Sequence record: NC_006883.2
DNA length: 64,000 nucleotides
Strand: one strand, 5' to 3'
Positions 18,931 to 28,683 of this stretch are shown one piece after another. The notes beneath the pieces were generated by a model, which was not told the DNA's origin, did no database searches, and saw only the letters and a list, made by a program, of their open reading frames with translations. How positions within the stretch are numbered: the stretch's first letter is position 1; each line of letters starts with the position of its first letter. The position numbers were made by a program, and so were the translations under genes.

Positions 18931-19114
18931 TCACGCAAGAACACCCTCAATAGAAGAAGAAAGAAAGGTAGCACTCAGAGAGCAAGTTATCCAGATTTTG
19001 TATCGACAATTTGGAAATAAAGACGATATATATGAATGTGCTGATGAATGGGTAGGAAAACAAGTTACATCTGCAGGTATAGTCAGTTACTATAAGGCGT
19101 ATTATAATAAATAA
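18923..19114 (+). CDS. Hypothetical protein
   Basis: ORF in the coupled chain. Confidence 0.7.
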   Translation: MVNHARTPSIEEERKVALREQVIQILYRQFGNKDDIYECADEWVGKQVTSAGIVSYYKAYYNK

Positions 19115-19135
19115 AATTGCCTTATATAATTTTAA

Positions 19136-19429
19136 ATGGCTTACTCAATTACACTTCGCTCACCTGATGGAGCAGAAGAAGTAGTCCAATGTGAAGAAGA
19201 TCAATATATACTAGAAGCAGCCGAAGATGCTGGTCTAGATATGCCTTCTTCTTGTAGAGCAGGAGCTTGTTCTGCTTGTTTAGGAAAAGTATTAGAAGGA
19301 TCAGTTAATAATGAAGAACAATCATTCTTAGATGATGATCAATTAGAAGAAGGATGGTCACTTCTTTGTGTTGCTATGCCACAGTCAGACTGTGTTATAC
19401 TAACTGAACAAGAGGACAACTTAGACTAA
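19136..19429 (+). CDS. petF: Plant-type [2Fe-2S] ferredoxin
   Basis: [12 protein letters not shown]...LLCVA. Confidence 0.97.
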   Translation: MAYSITLRSPDGAEEVVQCEEDQYILEAAEDAGLDMPSSCRAGACSACLGKVLEGSVNNEEQSFLDDDQLEEGWSLLCVAMPQSDCVILTEQEDNLD

Positions 19430-19629
19430 TGAGAGAAAAACTACTTAAGGCACTTCTAGCACACGCTAATGGAGATATCCAAAAGCATGTTGCTAATGTA
19501 GAAGTCTACCTAGAAAATCCTGCTGGTATTGGAGAACACTCCAATATCGTAGAAGCAATCGAAGAAGAACTTAATATGATTGCCAAATATCAGGATCAAA
19601 TTGAGGTAATCAAAACATATTTCAAATAA
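19429..19629 (+). CDS. Conserved cyanophage hypothetical protein
   Basis: NPAGIGEHSNIVEAIEEEL motif; coupled to petF. Confidence 0.75.
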   Translation: MREKLLKALLAHANGDIQKHVANVEVYLENPAGIGEHSNIVEAIEEELNMIAKYQDQIEVIKTYFK

Positions 19630-19656
19630 TATAAGTCTTTCTTATTAAATAATAGT

Positions 19657-19881
19657 ATGTTATTTCCACGACGCTATGCTAGTTGCCCTTGGCCTGATTC
19701 TAGGTACAGAGAGTATATGAACGGACGACTTAAAAAGATCGATATGAAAGCCCGACTTATGGGTATTAAAAAAGGTATCGATGAGAAGGTATGGTATCCT
19801 GAATGGGATAGTAAAGAAAGATGGGCAGCTCAAAGAGCACTTAATAATGCCTTAGATGTCCTTGACGAATACGACTACTAA
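19657..19881 (+). CDS. Conserved cyanophage hypothetical protein
   Basis: ORF preceded by TAAATA. Confidence 0.7.
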   Translation: MLFPRRYASCPWPDSRYREYMNGRLKKIDMKARLMGIKKGIDEKVWYPEWDSKERWAAQRALNNALDVLDEYDY

Positions 19882-19905
19882 ATATCTAAAAGACGTAGAT
19901 CTTTA

Positions 19906-22900
19906 ATGTCGTATTTTAAGAAAGCAAGAAGTTATACAAAACCTTCAGTAACTCTTGATGAAAAGATTGCAAAAGCAAATCAAGAGTATGAGAAGACGGG
20001 TGTTGACTTAGTAGAGATTGCTAACAGCACTGCTGGTGTTTATTATGCTGGTATAGATCACCCAGAAGAGCCTGCTATTCCGAGTGATGTGCCAGATTCA
20101 AATGGATTTAGAAGTAGAGATCCAAGTCTTCCTGCTGAGAATGCTTCTGATATAGATCCTTCTGATCCATCCACATGGGAAACTGGTGGACAGGGTATGG
20201 ATCATTTAATAAATCCAAATGAATTACCTGTAATTCATGGTGATAATGGAGTAGAAACTCAGTCTACTGTTAAAGATCAACCAATATTAATAACACCAGA
20301 CCTTACAGGATTTAAAGGATTGAGAGTTGACCCAAATGGTGATCAGAATGACATGGGTCAGTATGGTGGTATAGCGTATACTTATAATTTGGGTGTTTGG
20401 GGTAGGACAGAAGGTGTTATAGGACCTGGTAATAAATTTGTATCGGTATTAGCTGCATTTGGTTGGCCAACTGGTCCACTTGTAGATTCTGGTCATCCAG
20501 ACTATCCATCAGATAGAGCTATGTTTGGATTTTATAGGTATGATGATAATGCGACCTATGCTGCAAGGTTGAAAATGAAAGCGTTGTATGCGAATGGTTT
20601 ACCATCGGGTTCTTGGAAACCAGTTAAGTGTTGGATGAATTTTAATTCATATGGATTTGGTCAGACATGGACACAATATACATCAAATCCAAATAATATA
20701 TGGAGAGCGAATGGTGATGCATATGTCACAGTTCATGTATATGATGGTGCAAATCAATATAATTCGACAGATACTGTACCACCATATACAACGGTAATAT
20801 TTAAAGACGATATTGGTAAAGGAGAGAATCTACCTATTGGTGGTTTATTAGGAGATTTAATAGGAAAATTATTTGGTATAGGTGGATCTGCTGCTGAAGA
20901 CCTTGCTTGGCTTGGTGGTGGTAAGAAAACTCCAAATTGGCCAAAACCAGGAACTCTTAGTGGTAATAGAATAAGAAGTGAAGCAGGGTATGCACAGGAT
21001 GGAGCTTATCCTGGAGGACCACAAGCCTTTGAAGATAAGTATGGATATACTCCCCAAGAGGCAATTGATGCTTATAATAATGGAGGAACTCCTCCAGACC
21101 AATCATCTACTGGTGGTGATATTGGTGATATTGCAGGATCTTGGAGTGGTGGTCCTAGAGTAGCACCAGGAACAGGAGGTAATAAAGGACCTCATCCTGG
21201 ACCAGGTTGGAAATGGTATCCTGATGCTAAAGGTGGACAGGGAGATTATCTTCCTATACCAAAAGTAGATGCTGGTGGGGGTGGATCTCAAGTTGCATCC
21301 GCATCACAAACTTCACCATTTCCTTCAGATCCTGCATCCGATGCTTCATCTGGTTTAGGTGTTCAAGATGGTGATCAACTTGCTTTCAATTGGGGTAATT
21401 CAGGAACACCATCAACAAATAAAAAATTGGGTCATGGAGCTGATACGAATGCTGTTAATTATGCTAATACTAATGGAGAAATGGGCGGACTTCCTGATGG
21501 TTGGACAGATCAAGATCTTCAGGATTATCTAGACAATAGAGATAAGGGATTTCCAGACCAATCATCTATTGATGCTGGTTTACCTAATCAAATGGTTGCA
21601 GCACTTAATAATGCACAGATGCCGCAATATGTTAAGGATTCTATTAAGAGACAGTATAAAGGTGGACCTGATTATTCCATAGAAGATAAGAAAAATATTC
21701 TTAACTGGCAGCAAAAGATGAAAGTAGATGCTGGTGGTTCTGATTGGACTCCAAGTAGCGGAGTTCAAGTTGCTTCAACTGATCTTAGTGGTTTATTTGG
21801 ATCAAGTGGAACTGGAAGTGGTTCAACAGGTCAATTAAATCTGCCTAGTTGGTTTTCTGGTTATGGAAATGCCAAGAATGCTAAGTTAGATGCTGATGGT
21901 AGAATATATGGATATAATTATTCTGGTGGATATGGATACTTAAGTAGAGGACCTGGATCAGGTGCTCCTGGTACAGCAGAATCGGGTTATGGCACTAAAG
22001 GATTTGATTGGGATACTCAATCAGGTGGAACCAGTTGGTCATTTACTCGTCACGATCCATCTAAAGTTGCTGCTTCTCCTAATAGTCCTGATCCAGTTAA
22101 GCCTGGAGATGTTCCTACAGCCCCTAGTAGTCCTTATCTACCAGGTAAATCACCATATAAAGTTGCTGCAAATGCAGGACCTTCTACTCCTGTTAAAAAT
22201 TATGATGGTAAATTTTTACCTAATATGGGTGGTGGAAGACCTGGAAACATAAGACCAAAAGGTAGTGCTGCATTTCCACAGGCAAAGAAAGATGATACTG
22301 GTAGAGGTGGTAAGGGTAATAATTTTGGTATGGGTTCTGCTGTTGTTACTAAAGGTAAGAAAAAGAAGAATAACAAGCTTGTTACAGCTTCAAATGAAAT
22401 AACAGGAGTATTTTTAAATGAAAGTAATCTCTTAATGGAGAAGAATTATCTGAGAGATTTGAGAGAGAAGAAAAGAGAAAAGAAAAATGCTGGTGATAAA
22501 GTCATGAAGATTAATATAACTGGACCAAAAGATCATCTTACTGTCAAGGCAATTGATATGCTTAGACAATATAAAGTTAGTGAAAAGGAGATGCAAGAGT
22601 ATGCAACCATAATCTCAGATATTAATCAGTGGATAAGAGAGAATCCAAAAGAGTATGAGATATGGAAAGTAAGATATCCAGCAAATGATCCTAGAACTGC
22701 TGAGTTAAACTGGAGATTGGATCAGCAGTTAAAAGCATCAGATGAATATATGGATTCTCATTTCCCAGAGAATGAAAAATTATTTGGAAAACTTAGGCAG
22801 AAGATTGCTACTAATGTTGATATAACAGACCCTCGTAATTTCAAAGATGTTAAACCAGTAGTAACTCATAAGAAGTTATTACAGGTTTCAAAGGCATTAG

Positions 22901-22911
22901 AAAAGGAGTAA
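19906..22911 (+). CDS. 1001-aa Gly/Pro/Ser-rich low-complexity protein, possibly virion-associated
   Basis: Long ORF after TAAATA; helical N and C termini, disordered middle. Confidence 0.75.
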   Translation: MSYFKKARSYTKPSVTLDEKIAKANQEYEKTGVDLVEIANSTAGVYYAGIDHPEEPAIPSDVPDSNGFRSRDPSLPAENASDIDPSDPSTWETGGQGMDHLINPNELPVIHGDNGVETQSTVKDQPILITPDLTGFKGLRVDPNGDQNDMGQYGGIAYTYNLGVWGRTEGVIGPGNKFVSVLAAFGWPTGPLVDSGHPDYPSDRAMFGFYRYDDNATYAARLKMKALYANGLPSGSWKPVKCWMNFNSYGFGQTWTQYTSNPNNIWRANGDAYVTVHVYDGANQYNSTDTVPPYTTVIFKDDIGKGENLPIGGLLGDLIGKLFGIGGSAAEDLAWLGGGKKTPNWPKPGTLSGNRIRSEAGYAQDGAYPGGPQAFEDKYGYTPQEAIDAYNNGGTPPDQSSTGGDIGDIAGSWSGGPRVAPGTGGNKGPHPGPGWKWYPDAKGGQGDYLPIPKVDAGGGGSQVASASQTSPFPSDPASDASSGLGVQDGDQLAFNWGNSGTPSTNKKLGHGADTNAVNYANTNGEMGGLPDGWTDQDLQDYLDNRDKGFPDQSSIDAGLPNQMVAALNNAQMPQYVKDSIKRQYKGGPDYSIEDKKNILNWQQKMKVDAGGSDWTPSSGVQVASTDLSGLFGSSGTGSGSTGQLNLPSWFSGYGNAKNAKLDADGRIYGYNYSGGYGYLSRGPGSGAPGTAESGYGTKGFDWDTQSGGTSWSFTRHDPSKVAASPNSPDPVKPGDVPTAPSSPYLPGKSPYKVAANAGPSTPVKNYDGKFLPNMGGGRPGNIRPKGSAAFPQAKKDDTGRGGKGNNFGMGSAVVTKGKKKKNNKLVTASNEITGVFLNESNLLMEKNYLRDLREKKREKKNAGDKVMKINITGPKDHLTVKAIDMLRQYKVSEKEMQEYATIISDINQWIRENPKEYEIWKVRYPANDPRTAELNWRLDQQLKASDEYMDSHFPENEKLFGKLRQKIATNVDITDPRNFKDVKPVVTHKKLLQVSKALEKE

Positions 22912-22949
22912 TTATAACAGTCATAAAGGATGCTTATAATTGTTCGGTG

Positions 22950-22983
22950 TTGACATAATTGTAAAGATTTGTTATAATAAATA
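22950..22983 (+). promoter_or_regulatory. psbA promoter (sigma70 consensus plus overlapping late-type TAAATA)
   Basis: TTGACA 22950-22955, 17 bp, TATAAT 22973-22978, then TAAATA. Confidence 0.85.
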
Positions 22984-23004
22984 CATCGGTGAGCATTTCC
23001 TCAC

Positions 23005-23070
23005 TTCCCTCTAACCGAGATCACGGGGGTTACATCTCTCATATCCACTAGTGAAGGGATTAGTGGAAAT
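23005..23070 (+). ncRNA. Structured psbA 5' leader, probably the PhotoRC-II RNA motif
   Basis: GAGAT/ATCTC stem; TCCACTA/TAGTGGA hairpin whose loop (AGGGA) can pair with upstream TCCCT; location directly upstream of phage psbA. Confidence 0.55.
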
Positions 23071-23117
23071 AAACGTATCGCTCTACCCTTTGAGCCCTAC
23101 TAAATTTAATTGTCCTC

Positions 23118-24200
23118 ATGACAACTCTTCAAAAAAGGGAACAAGGCTTACTATCAGGTTGGTCTGAGTTCTGCGACTGGGTAACATCAACAAACAACAG
23201 AATCTATGTTGGTTGGTTTGGTGTTCTTATGATCCCATGTCTTCTAGCTGCAACAACATGCTTTATCGTAGCATTCATCGCAGCACCTCCCGTTGATATC
23301 GACGGAATCCGTGAACCAGTAGCTGGTTCATTCATGTATGGTAACAACATCATCTCTGGTGCAGTTGTTCCATCTTCAAACGCAATCGGTTTACACTTCT
23401 ATCCTATCTGGGAAGCAGCAACTCTTGATGAGTGGCTCTACAATGGTGGTCCTTACCAGTTGGTAATCTTCCACTTCCTTATCGGAATCTCAGCATACAT
23501 GGGAAGACAGTGGGAACTTTCATACCGTTTAGGTATGCGTCCTTGGATCTGTGTTGCTTATTCAGCACCTGTATCAGCAGCTTTCGCTGTATTCCTTGTT
23601 TACCCATTCGGTCAGGGTTCATTCTCAGACGGTATGCCTTTAGGTATATCAGGAACATTCAACTTCATGTTCGTATTCCAAGCAGAACATAACATCCTTA
23701 TGCACCCATTCCATATGGCAGGTGTTGCAGGTATGTTCGGTGGAGCATTATTCTCTGCTATGCACGGTTCTCTTGTTACATCTTCACTTATCCGTGAAAC
23801 CACTGGTTTAGATTCACAGAACTATGGTTACAAGTTCGGACAAGAAGAAGAGACATATAACATCGTTGCTGCACATGGATACTTCGGTAGACTTATCTTC
23901 CAGTATGCATCATTCAACAACAGCAGAAGTTTACACTTCTTCCTCGCATCATGGCCTGTTATCTGTGTATGGTTAACCTCTATGGGTATCTGCACAATGG
24001 CATTCAACCTAAATGGATTCAACTTCAACCAATCAGTTGTTGATGCATCAGGTAAGGTTGTTCCTACTTGGGGTGATGTTCTTAACAGAGCAAACCTTGG
24101 TATGGAAGTTATGCACGAAAGAAATGCACACAACTTCCCACTTGACTTAGCATCTGCTAACGAGACAGAAGTTGCTCTTGTTGCTCCTTCTATAGGTTAA
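23118..24200 (+). CDS. psbA: Photosystem II D1 protein
   Basis: [36 protein letters not shown]; uninterrupted 360 aa. Confidence 0.99.
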   Translation: MTTLQKREQGLLSGWSEFCDWVTSTNNRIYVGWFGVLMIPCLLAATTCFIVAFIAAPPVDIDGIREPVAGSFMYGNNIISGAVVPSSNAIGLHFYPIWEAATLDEWLYNGGPYQLVIFHFLIGISAYMGRQWELSYRLGMRPWICVAYSAPVSAAFAVFLVYPFGQGSFSDGMPLGISGTFNFMFVFQAEHNILMHPFHMAGVAGMFGGALFSAMHGSLVTSSLIRETTGLDSQNYGYKFGQEEETYNIVAAHGYFGRLIFQYASFNNSRSLHFFLASWPVICVWLTSMGICTMAFNLNGFNFNQSVVDASGKVVPTWGDVLNRANLGMEVMHERNAHNFPLDLASANETEVALVAPSIG

Positions 24201-24274
24201 TGGAAATTCTATTTCTAGTTGCTGCCATAGGCGGTGCAGCATTCGGTGCATATAAGATGACACCTACTAAATAA
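24200..24274 (+). CDS. 24-aa membrane peptide coupled to psbA (not in track)
   Basis: [24 protein letters not shown]; TAATG overlap; lies before the terminator. Confidence 0.55.
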   Translation: MEILFLVAAIGGAAFGAYKMTPTK

Positions 24275-24283
24275 ATCAACTAT

Positions 24284-24311
24284 AAGACCCCTTTTATAGG
24301 GGTCTTTTTTT
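24284..24311 (+). terminator. Rho-independent terminator
   Basis: AAGACCCCT-tttat-AGGGGTCTT plus T-run. Confidence 0.85.
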
Positions 24312-24677
24312 ATGGATATAGATCGCCAATTAAAATCTGAGAATCTTTTATTGGAGGAGAGAACTTGTAGAACCTGTGGAGGATACAAGAATCTGTTAAC
24401 AGATTTTTATTTGTCTAGGAGTGATACTCCAGATCTACCATCATCATATTCTTATGAATGTAAAGAGTGTGCCAAATTAAGAATTAGGAAACATTATTCA
24501 GAAGATAATATATTAGGTACTTGTTGTATTTGTGGTAGTCATGATGTAAAAGTATCTAAGGGTATTTGTAAGAAGTGTAATAATGGATTGAAACAGTTTG
24601 GATATAATATCGACACTTTAAGGAAATCTGTGCTATACTTAGAGGACAATAAATTAACTGGCACATCTAAAAAATAA
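24312..24677 (+). CDS. Endonuclease VII-like (F-CphI-type) protein, apparently degenerate
   Basis: CRTC..CKEC N-terminal Zn finger; CCICG..CKKCNNGLKQFGYNIDTLRKSVLYLE resembles the EndoVII C-terminus, but no DH catalytic motif is seen. Confidence 0.55.
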   Translation: MDIDRQLKSENLLLEERTCRTCGGYKNLLTDFYLSRSDTPDLPSSYSYECKECAKLRIRKHYSEDNILGTCCICGSHDVKVSKGICKKCNNGLKQFGYNIDTLRKSVLYLEDNKLTGTSKK

Positions 24678-24701
24678 ATATTTTTAGTTACGGAGATTAT
24701 T

Positions 24702-24788
24702 ATGACACCGATGGAGATCACTGGTATTATCGCAGCAGCATTTGTTATTACTGCATTTCAATTTCGTTTATTTGGATTACTTAAATAA
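24702..24788 (+). CDS. 28-aa membrane peptide (not in track)
   Basis: MTPMEITGIIAAAFVITAFQFRLFGLLK*; GGAG RBS. Confidence 0.5.
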   Translation: MTPMEITGIIAAAFVITAFQFRLFGLLK

Positions 24789-25024
24789 TGACTGATAAAA
24801 CTTATGATGACTCCAATTGGAGGGAAGAATACAAGAACTATACTTCTAGTAGGTATGAGTTAGATCTACTTGAGAATGGTCCTCGTAGTTTATCTCAATC
24901 TTGGATGATGAGTGCATTACATAATAAGTGGAAGAAGATGAAAGGATATAAAGATCCTTCACCACCAGACGTATCATCATCTATGAAAGAGTTTTTTCAA
25001 CGACAAAAAGATCAAGGTATTTAA
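24788..25024 (+). CDS. Conserved cyanophage hypothetical protein
   Basis: Coupled ORF. Confidence 0.75.
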   Translation: MTDKTYDDSNWREEYKNYTSSRYELDLLENGPRSLSQSWMMSALHNKWKKMKGYKDPSPPDVSSSMKEFFQRQKDQGI

Positions 25025-25306
25025 ATGACTTTTCTAATAGCAGTAATGTCTTTTGCAAATTTTGTATTTTGGCCATTGGTCATAGGTACAATTATTGCAT
25101 TTGTTATTGAGCAGATTCTAAGACAAATAGGTAATGCATATGATCCTGTAGCAGTTAAGAAAGTAGATATTGCTATGCGTGTGAGAAAATATTTTTGGAG
25201 ACAAGCTTGGTTATTTAATATAATATGGTTCGTATGTTATGGAATATTATTATTCGTAATGCGACCAGGACAACAAACAATGCCCGATATGATATGGCAA
25301 GGATAA
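25025..25306 (+). CDS. Two-TM membrane protein
   Basis: Two hydrophobic segments. Confidence 0.7.
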   Translation: MTFLIAVMSFANFVFWPLVIGTIIAFVIEQILRQIGNAYDPVAVKKVDIAMRVRKYFWRQAWLFNIIWFVCYGILLFVMRPGQQTMPDMIWQG

Positions 25307-25307
25307 A

Positions 25308-26009
25308 ATGACAGTAGCAGATTTTTCAGTTCAAATAAAAGAGGGAACAAAGAAGTCCCATTCAGCAGCAGAGAATACTTCTTTCGTTGCATCATTTCTT
25401 AGAGGTGTTGTAAGTAAAGAAAGTTATAAAGCATTAGTAAAGGATCTGTATTATGTTTACAGAACCTTGGAAGAGGAGTTTGAAAAGCATAAGGATCATC
25501 CTGTAGTTGGAAAACTTTACCTCCCAGAACTTAATAGAGTTAATGCACTTGAAAGAGATCTTAGATTCTATTATGGACCTATATGGAGATCTTTAATTAT
25601 GCCTTCTGAGGCTTGTGCCAATTATGTAAGTAGAATCAAATGTTGTTCTATTGAAGATCCTACTCTATTAGTTGGACATCATTACACAAGATACTTGGGT
25701 GATTTATCAGGTGGACAGATACTTAAAGGTATTGCTGAGAAAGCAATGGGTCTCAAGGATGAAGGATTATATTTCTATGATTTTGATAAGATAGAAAATG
25801 CCAAGAAATATAAGGATGGGTATAGAGCAATTCTTAATGGACTCGATGTAGATCAACATCAAGTAGATGCTATTATAGTAGAAGCGAATTATGCTTTTAG
25901 ATTAAACATGTATATGTTTGATACCTTAGAAGGTAATTGGTTCCAGTCATTAATACAAATGATATTTGGTTTTATCAAGTCAATTCTAAAGAAAAGAAAA
26001 AGCGAATAG
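25308..26009 (+). CDS. ho1: Heme oxygenase
   Basis: KEGTKKSHSAAENT, HHYTRYLGDLSGGQIL, EANYAFRLN. Confidence 0.96.
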   Translation: MTVADFSVQIKEGTKKSHSAAENTSFVASFLRGVVSKESYKALVKDLYYVYRTLEEEFEKHKDHPVVGKLYLPELNRVNALERDLRFYYGPIWRSLIMPSEACANYVSRIKCCSIEDPTLLVGHHYTRYLGDLSGGQILKGIAEKAMGLKDEGLYFYDFDKIENAKKYKDGYRAILNGLDVDQHQVDAIIVEANYAFRLNMYMFDTLEGNWFQSLIQMIFGFIKSILKKRKSE

Positions 26010-26042
26010 TAATCAATAAATAATTGTAACTCGCAATAGTTT

Positions 26043-26414
26043 ATGACTATTCTCCATACTCCGAAGGCTTATGTGTTTAACTTACAAACTACAAGTTCAT
26101 CAGAAGCAAAACGATTATGGAGGAGGGATATAAAAGAAAGTTGGAATTTTAAATGTGCCTATTGTGGTAGTGAAGATCATCTTACAATAGATCACATAGT
26201 TCCTAGAGCAAAAGGTGGTCCTGATTTTACAAAGAACGTGTTGTGTTGCTGCCATTCTTGTAATCAAGATAAGGGACATGAAGATTGGGAAGAATGGTTT
26301 TTTAATCAGAGTTTTTTCTCTTTAGAAAGATATCATGAGATTAGAAAATGGATGAGACCCGATCCACCAAAGGACTTATTTGCGTATCGCCCAAGAAGGA
26401 ATAATTTAACTTGA
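26043..26414 (+). CDS. HNH endonuclease
   Basis: CAYCG..LTIDHIVPRAKGG..N...CHSCNQDKG. Confidence 0.9.
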   Translation: MTILHTPKAYVFNLQTTSSSEAKRLWRRDIKESWNFKCAYCGSEDHLTIDHIVPRAKGGPDFTKNVLCCCHSCNQDKGHEDWEEWFFNQSFFSLERYHEIRKWMRPDPPKDLFAYRPRRNNLT

Positions 26415-26421
26415 ATAAATA
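26414..26421 (+). promoter_or_regulatory. Late-type promoter for the structural gene block
   Basis: AATAAATA upstream of 26473. Confidence 0.55.
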
Positions 26422-26472
26422 ACTCAGCAGTATATACTGCTAGTTTTAAGGTACATACCGAAATCATTATAA

Positions 26473-28326
26473 ATGGCGACTCCGTTTAGAATTAAACGAT
26501 CTGCCGTTCCTGGGAAAGGACCGTCAGTATCTGACCTACAATTAGGTGAATTAGCTCTTAATACTTATGATGCTGAACTGTATACACTACGTTCACGTCC
26601 TGGTATTGGCACGGAAGTTGTAAAAATCGGTGGTGCTGCAATAGAGAATGTTTTATATGTCAACAAAGACGGAGACGACGGAAATTCAGGATCAACCCCT
26701 GCCGACGCAAAAGCAACCCTCAAAGCAGCAGTTGGAATCGCATCAGAGGGAACTGCGATTAAAGTTGCTGCTGGAACTTATATAGAAAACAATCCTATAA
26801 AAGTACCGAAACAAGTTAGTATTGTTGGAGACAGTTTGAGAGAAGTAACTGTATCTCCTCAGAATGCTGATGAGGATATGTTCCACGTATCTCCTGGAGA
26901 TATGATAAGTGAAATAACATTTTCGGGGACAGTAGATAAAGGTGTTGCGGTAATAGCATTTGATCCTGATAAAATTCAATATGTTAATCAATCACCTTAC
27001 ATAAGATTTTGTACCAATAGAGTTGCTAATAGTATTGGTTTAAAGGTAGATGGTAATAAAGCAGTAGGACCATTTAAGAGTATGGTTACAGACTCCTACA
27101 CTCAGTATAATGTGAGTGGTATAGGGGTCTCTGTTAGTAATGAGGGATATGCTCAGATAGTTTCATTATTTACGATGAACCTTGATGAAGCAGTTGCTTG
27201 TCATTCTGGTGGGCAATGTGATGTAACAAACTCCAACTCTTCATTTGGTAATTATGGATTAGTTGCTGATGGTGTAGGAGCACTTCAATATACAGGAACC
27301 ATAGCATCAGAAGCTAAAGAGAATACTGATAAGTTTGAGGTTAATTTAAGTACATCTTCAGTTAATATTTCTAATTTTGTTTATGATAATGTAAGTGGAT
27401 TGGCAACAGTTACTACTAGTTCTGCTCATGGATTCAATGTTGGAATGGGAGTTACTATTGCAGGTGTTCAACTAACTTGCCCTTATGGAACAAAGACATA
27501 TCCACATCAAGCTCCATATGTGTTTACAGTTGATACTGTTCCAAACACAACATCCTTTACTACAAATATAGGAATATCAACTCTTGCTCATTCTTATTTT
27601 GGTGGTGGTACTGCAAAGATAAATTTGATTAGACCTTTTGATGGTAAGGCTGTTTATTTTGAGAATGAATATAATACTATTGGAAAAATAAAACTTACTA
27701 ATCCTGGTAGTGGATATAATACTGCACCTACCGTTACTATAGGAGATCCTAGTACTTCAAGTACTTTTGGTGTTACTGCGACAGCATTAGCAACTATAAT
27801 TGGTAGTAAGGTTGACGAGATTCAAATTCTCTCAAATGGTAGAGGATATACTTCTCTACCATCTGTTACAATTTCTGCTCCTGATGTTGGGATAAATACA
27901 GCAACAGCTACCGTAGAATTACTTCCAACTTATTATACTGTTAAAGAATCAACTCCAATTTCTGCTGGAATTTGTACTATTACAATAAACGAAACCCTTC
28001 CATATTCTGTTGGTGTTGGAACAACAGTTCCTTTCTTTAGACAAAGTAGAATATTAGCATCCAGTCATTCCTTCCAATATATTGGAAGTGGTGTTGATCC
28101 TATTAATTCTCTTCCTTCTCGTGGAGGTGTTACTATACAGGAGAATGAAGTTGATAACCGTAATGGTGGATTAGTTGTATACACTAGTACTGATCAAGGT
28201 GGAAACTTTAGAATCGGTGATGGTGTTCAAATAGACCAAATTAGCGGAACTATTACTGGTACTTCTTATTCTAAGAGTTTATTTGCCAATGTTACACCAT
28301 TAATTCTAGCACTAGGAGGAGAATAA
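26473..28326 (+). CDS. Tail fibre/virion structural protein with beta-helix-like region
   Basis: N-terminal IKRSAVPGK..LQLGELALNTYD fibre motif; YVNKDGDDGNSG..TLKAA; C-terminus similar to 39214..43194. Confidence 0.75.
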   Translation: MATPFRIKRSAVPGKGPSVSDLQLGELALNTYDAELYTLRSRPGIGTEVVKIGGAAIENVLYVNKDGDDGNSGSTPADAKATLKAAVGIASEGTAIKVAAGTYIENNPIKVPKQVSIVGDSLREVTVSPQNADEDMFHVSPGDMISEITFSGTVDKGVAVIAFDPDKIQYVNQSPYIRFCTNRVANSIGLKVDGNKAVGPFKSMVTDSYTQYNVSGIGVSVSNEGYAQIVSLFTMNLDEAVACHSGGQCDVTNSNSSFGNYGLVADGVGALQYTGTIASEAKENTDKFEVNLSTSSVNISNFVYDNVSGLATVTTSSAHGFNVGMGVTIAGVQLTCPYGTKTYPHQAPYVFTVDTVPNTTSFTTNIGISTLAHSYFGGGTAKINLIRPFDGKAVYFENEYNTIGKIKLTNPGSGYNTAPTVTIGDPSTSSTFGVTATALATIIGSKVDEIQILSNGRGYTSLPSVTISAPDVGINTATATVELLPTYYTVKESTPISAGICTITINETLPYSVGVGTTVPFFRQSRILASSHSFQYIGSGVDPINSLPSRGGVTIQENEVDNRNGGLVVYTSTDQGGNFRIGDGVQIDQISGTITGTSYSKSLFANVTPLILALGGE

Positions 28327-28330
28327 TAAA

Positions 28331-28672
28331 ATGGCATTACCATTAAACGTATTTCAAACAATAACATATGTCGCACCAGGAAGTCCAGTTGGAATTTATA
28401 CTGCTCCAGTTGGATATAGTGGTGTTATTTTAGGTTGTCAAGCAACGAATGTAGATTCTACATCACATACAGTATCATTAGATCATGTAAGAACTAGAAC
28501 TGGTATTGCTGTTACTACTGAGATTGTAAAGCAAATGCCTATTCAAGGTCATGATACTATGAATTTGACTTCTGGAAAGATAGTGCTTGAAACTGGCGAT
28601 GAACTTAAATTATCTGCAAGCAATCCTAATCATGTAAAATTTATTGGAAGTATATTAGAAACCCTTAATTAG
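28331..28672 (+). CDS. Small beta-sandwich structural protein
   Basis: IYTAPVG...IVLETGDELKLSAS; similar to 43247..43567. Confidence 0.65.
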   Translation: MALPLNVFQTITYVAPGSPVGIYTAPVGYSGVILGCQATNVDSTSHTVSLDHVRTRTGIAVTTEIVKQMPIQGHDTMNLTSGKIVLETGDELKLSASNPNHVKFIGSILETLN

Positions 28673-28683
28673 TATATCAAGTA

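Noticed and set aside
23118-24200. Possible group I intron in psbA
   Set aside because: The reading frame is continuous and of normal length (360 aa)
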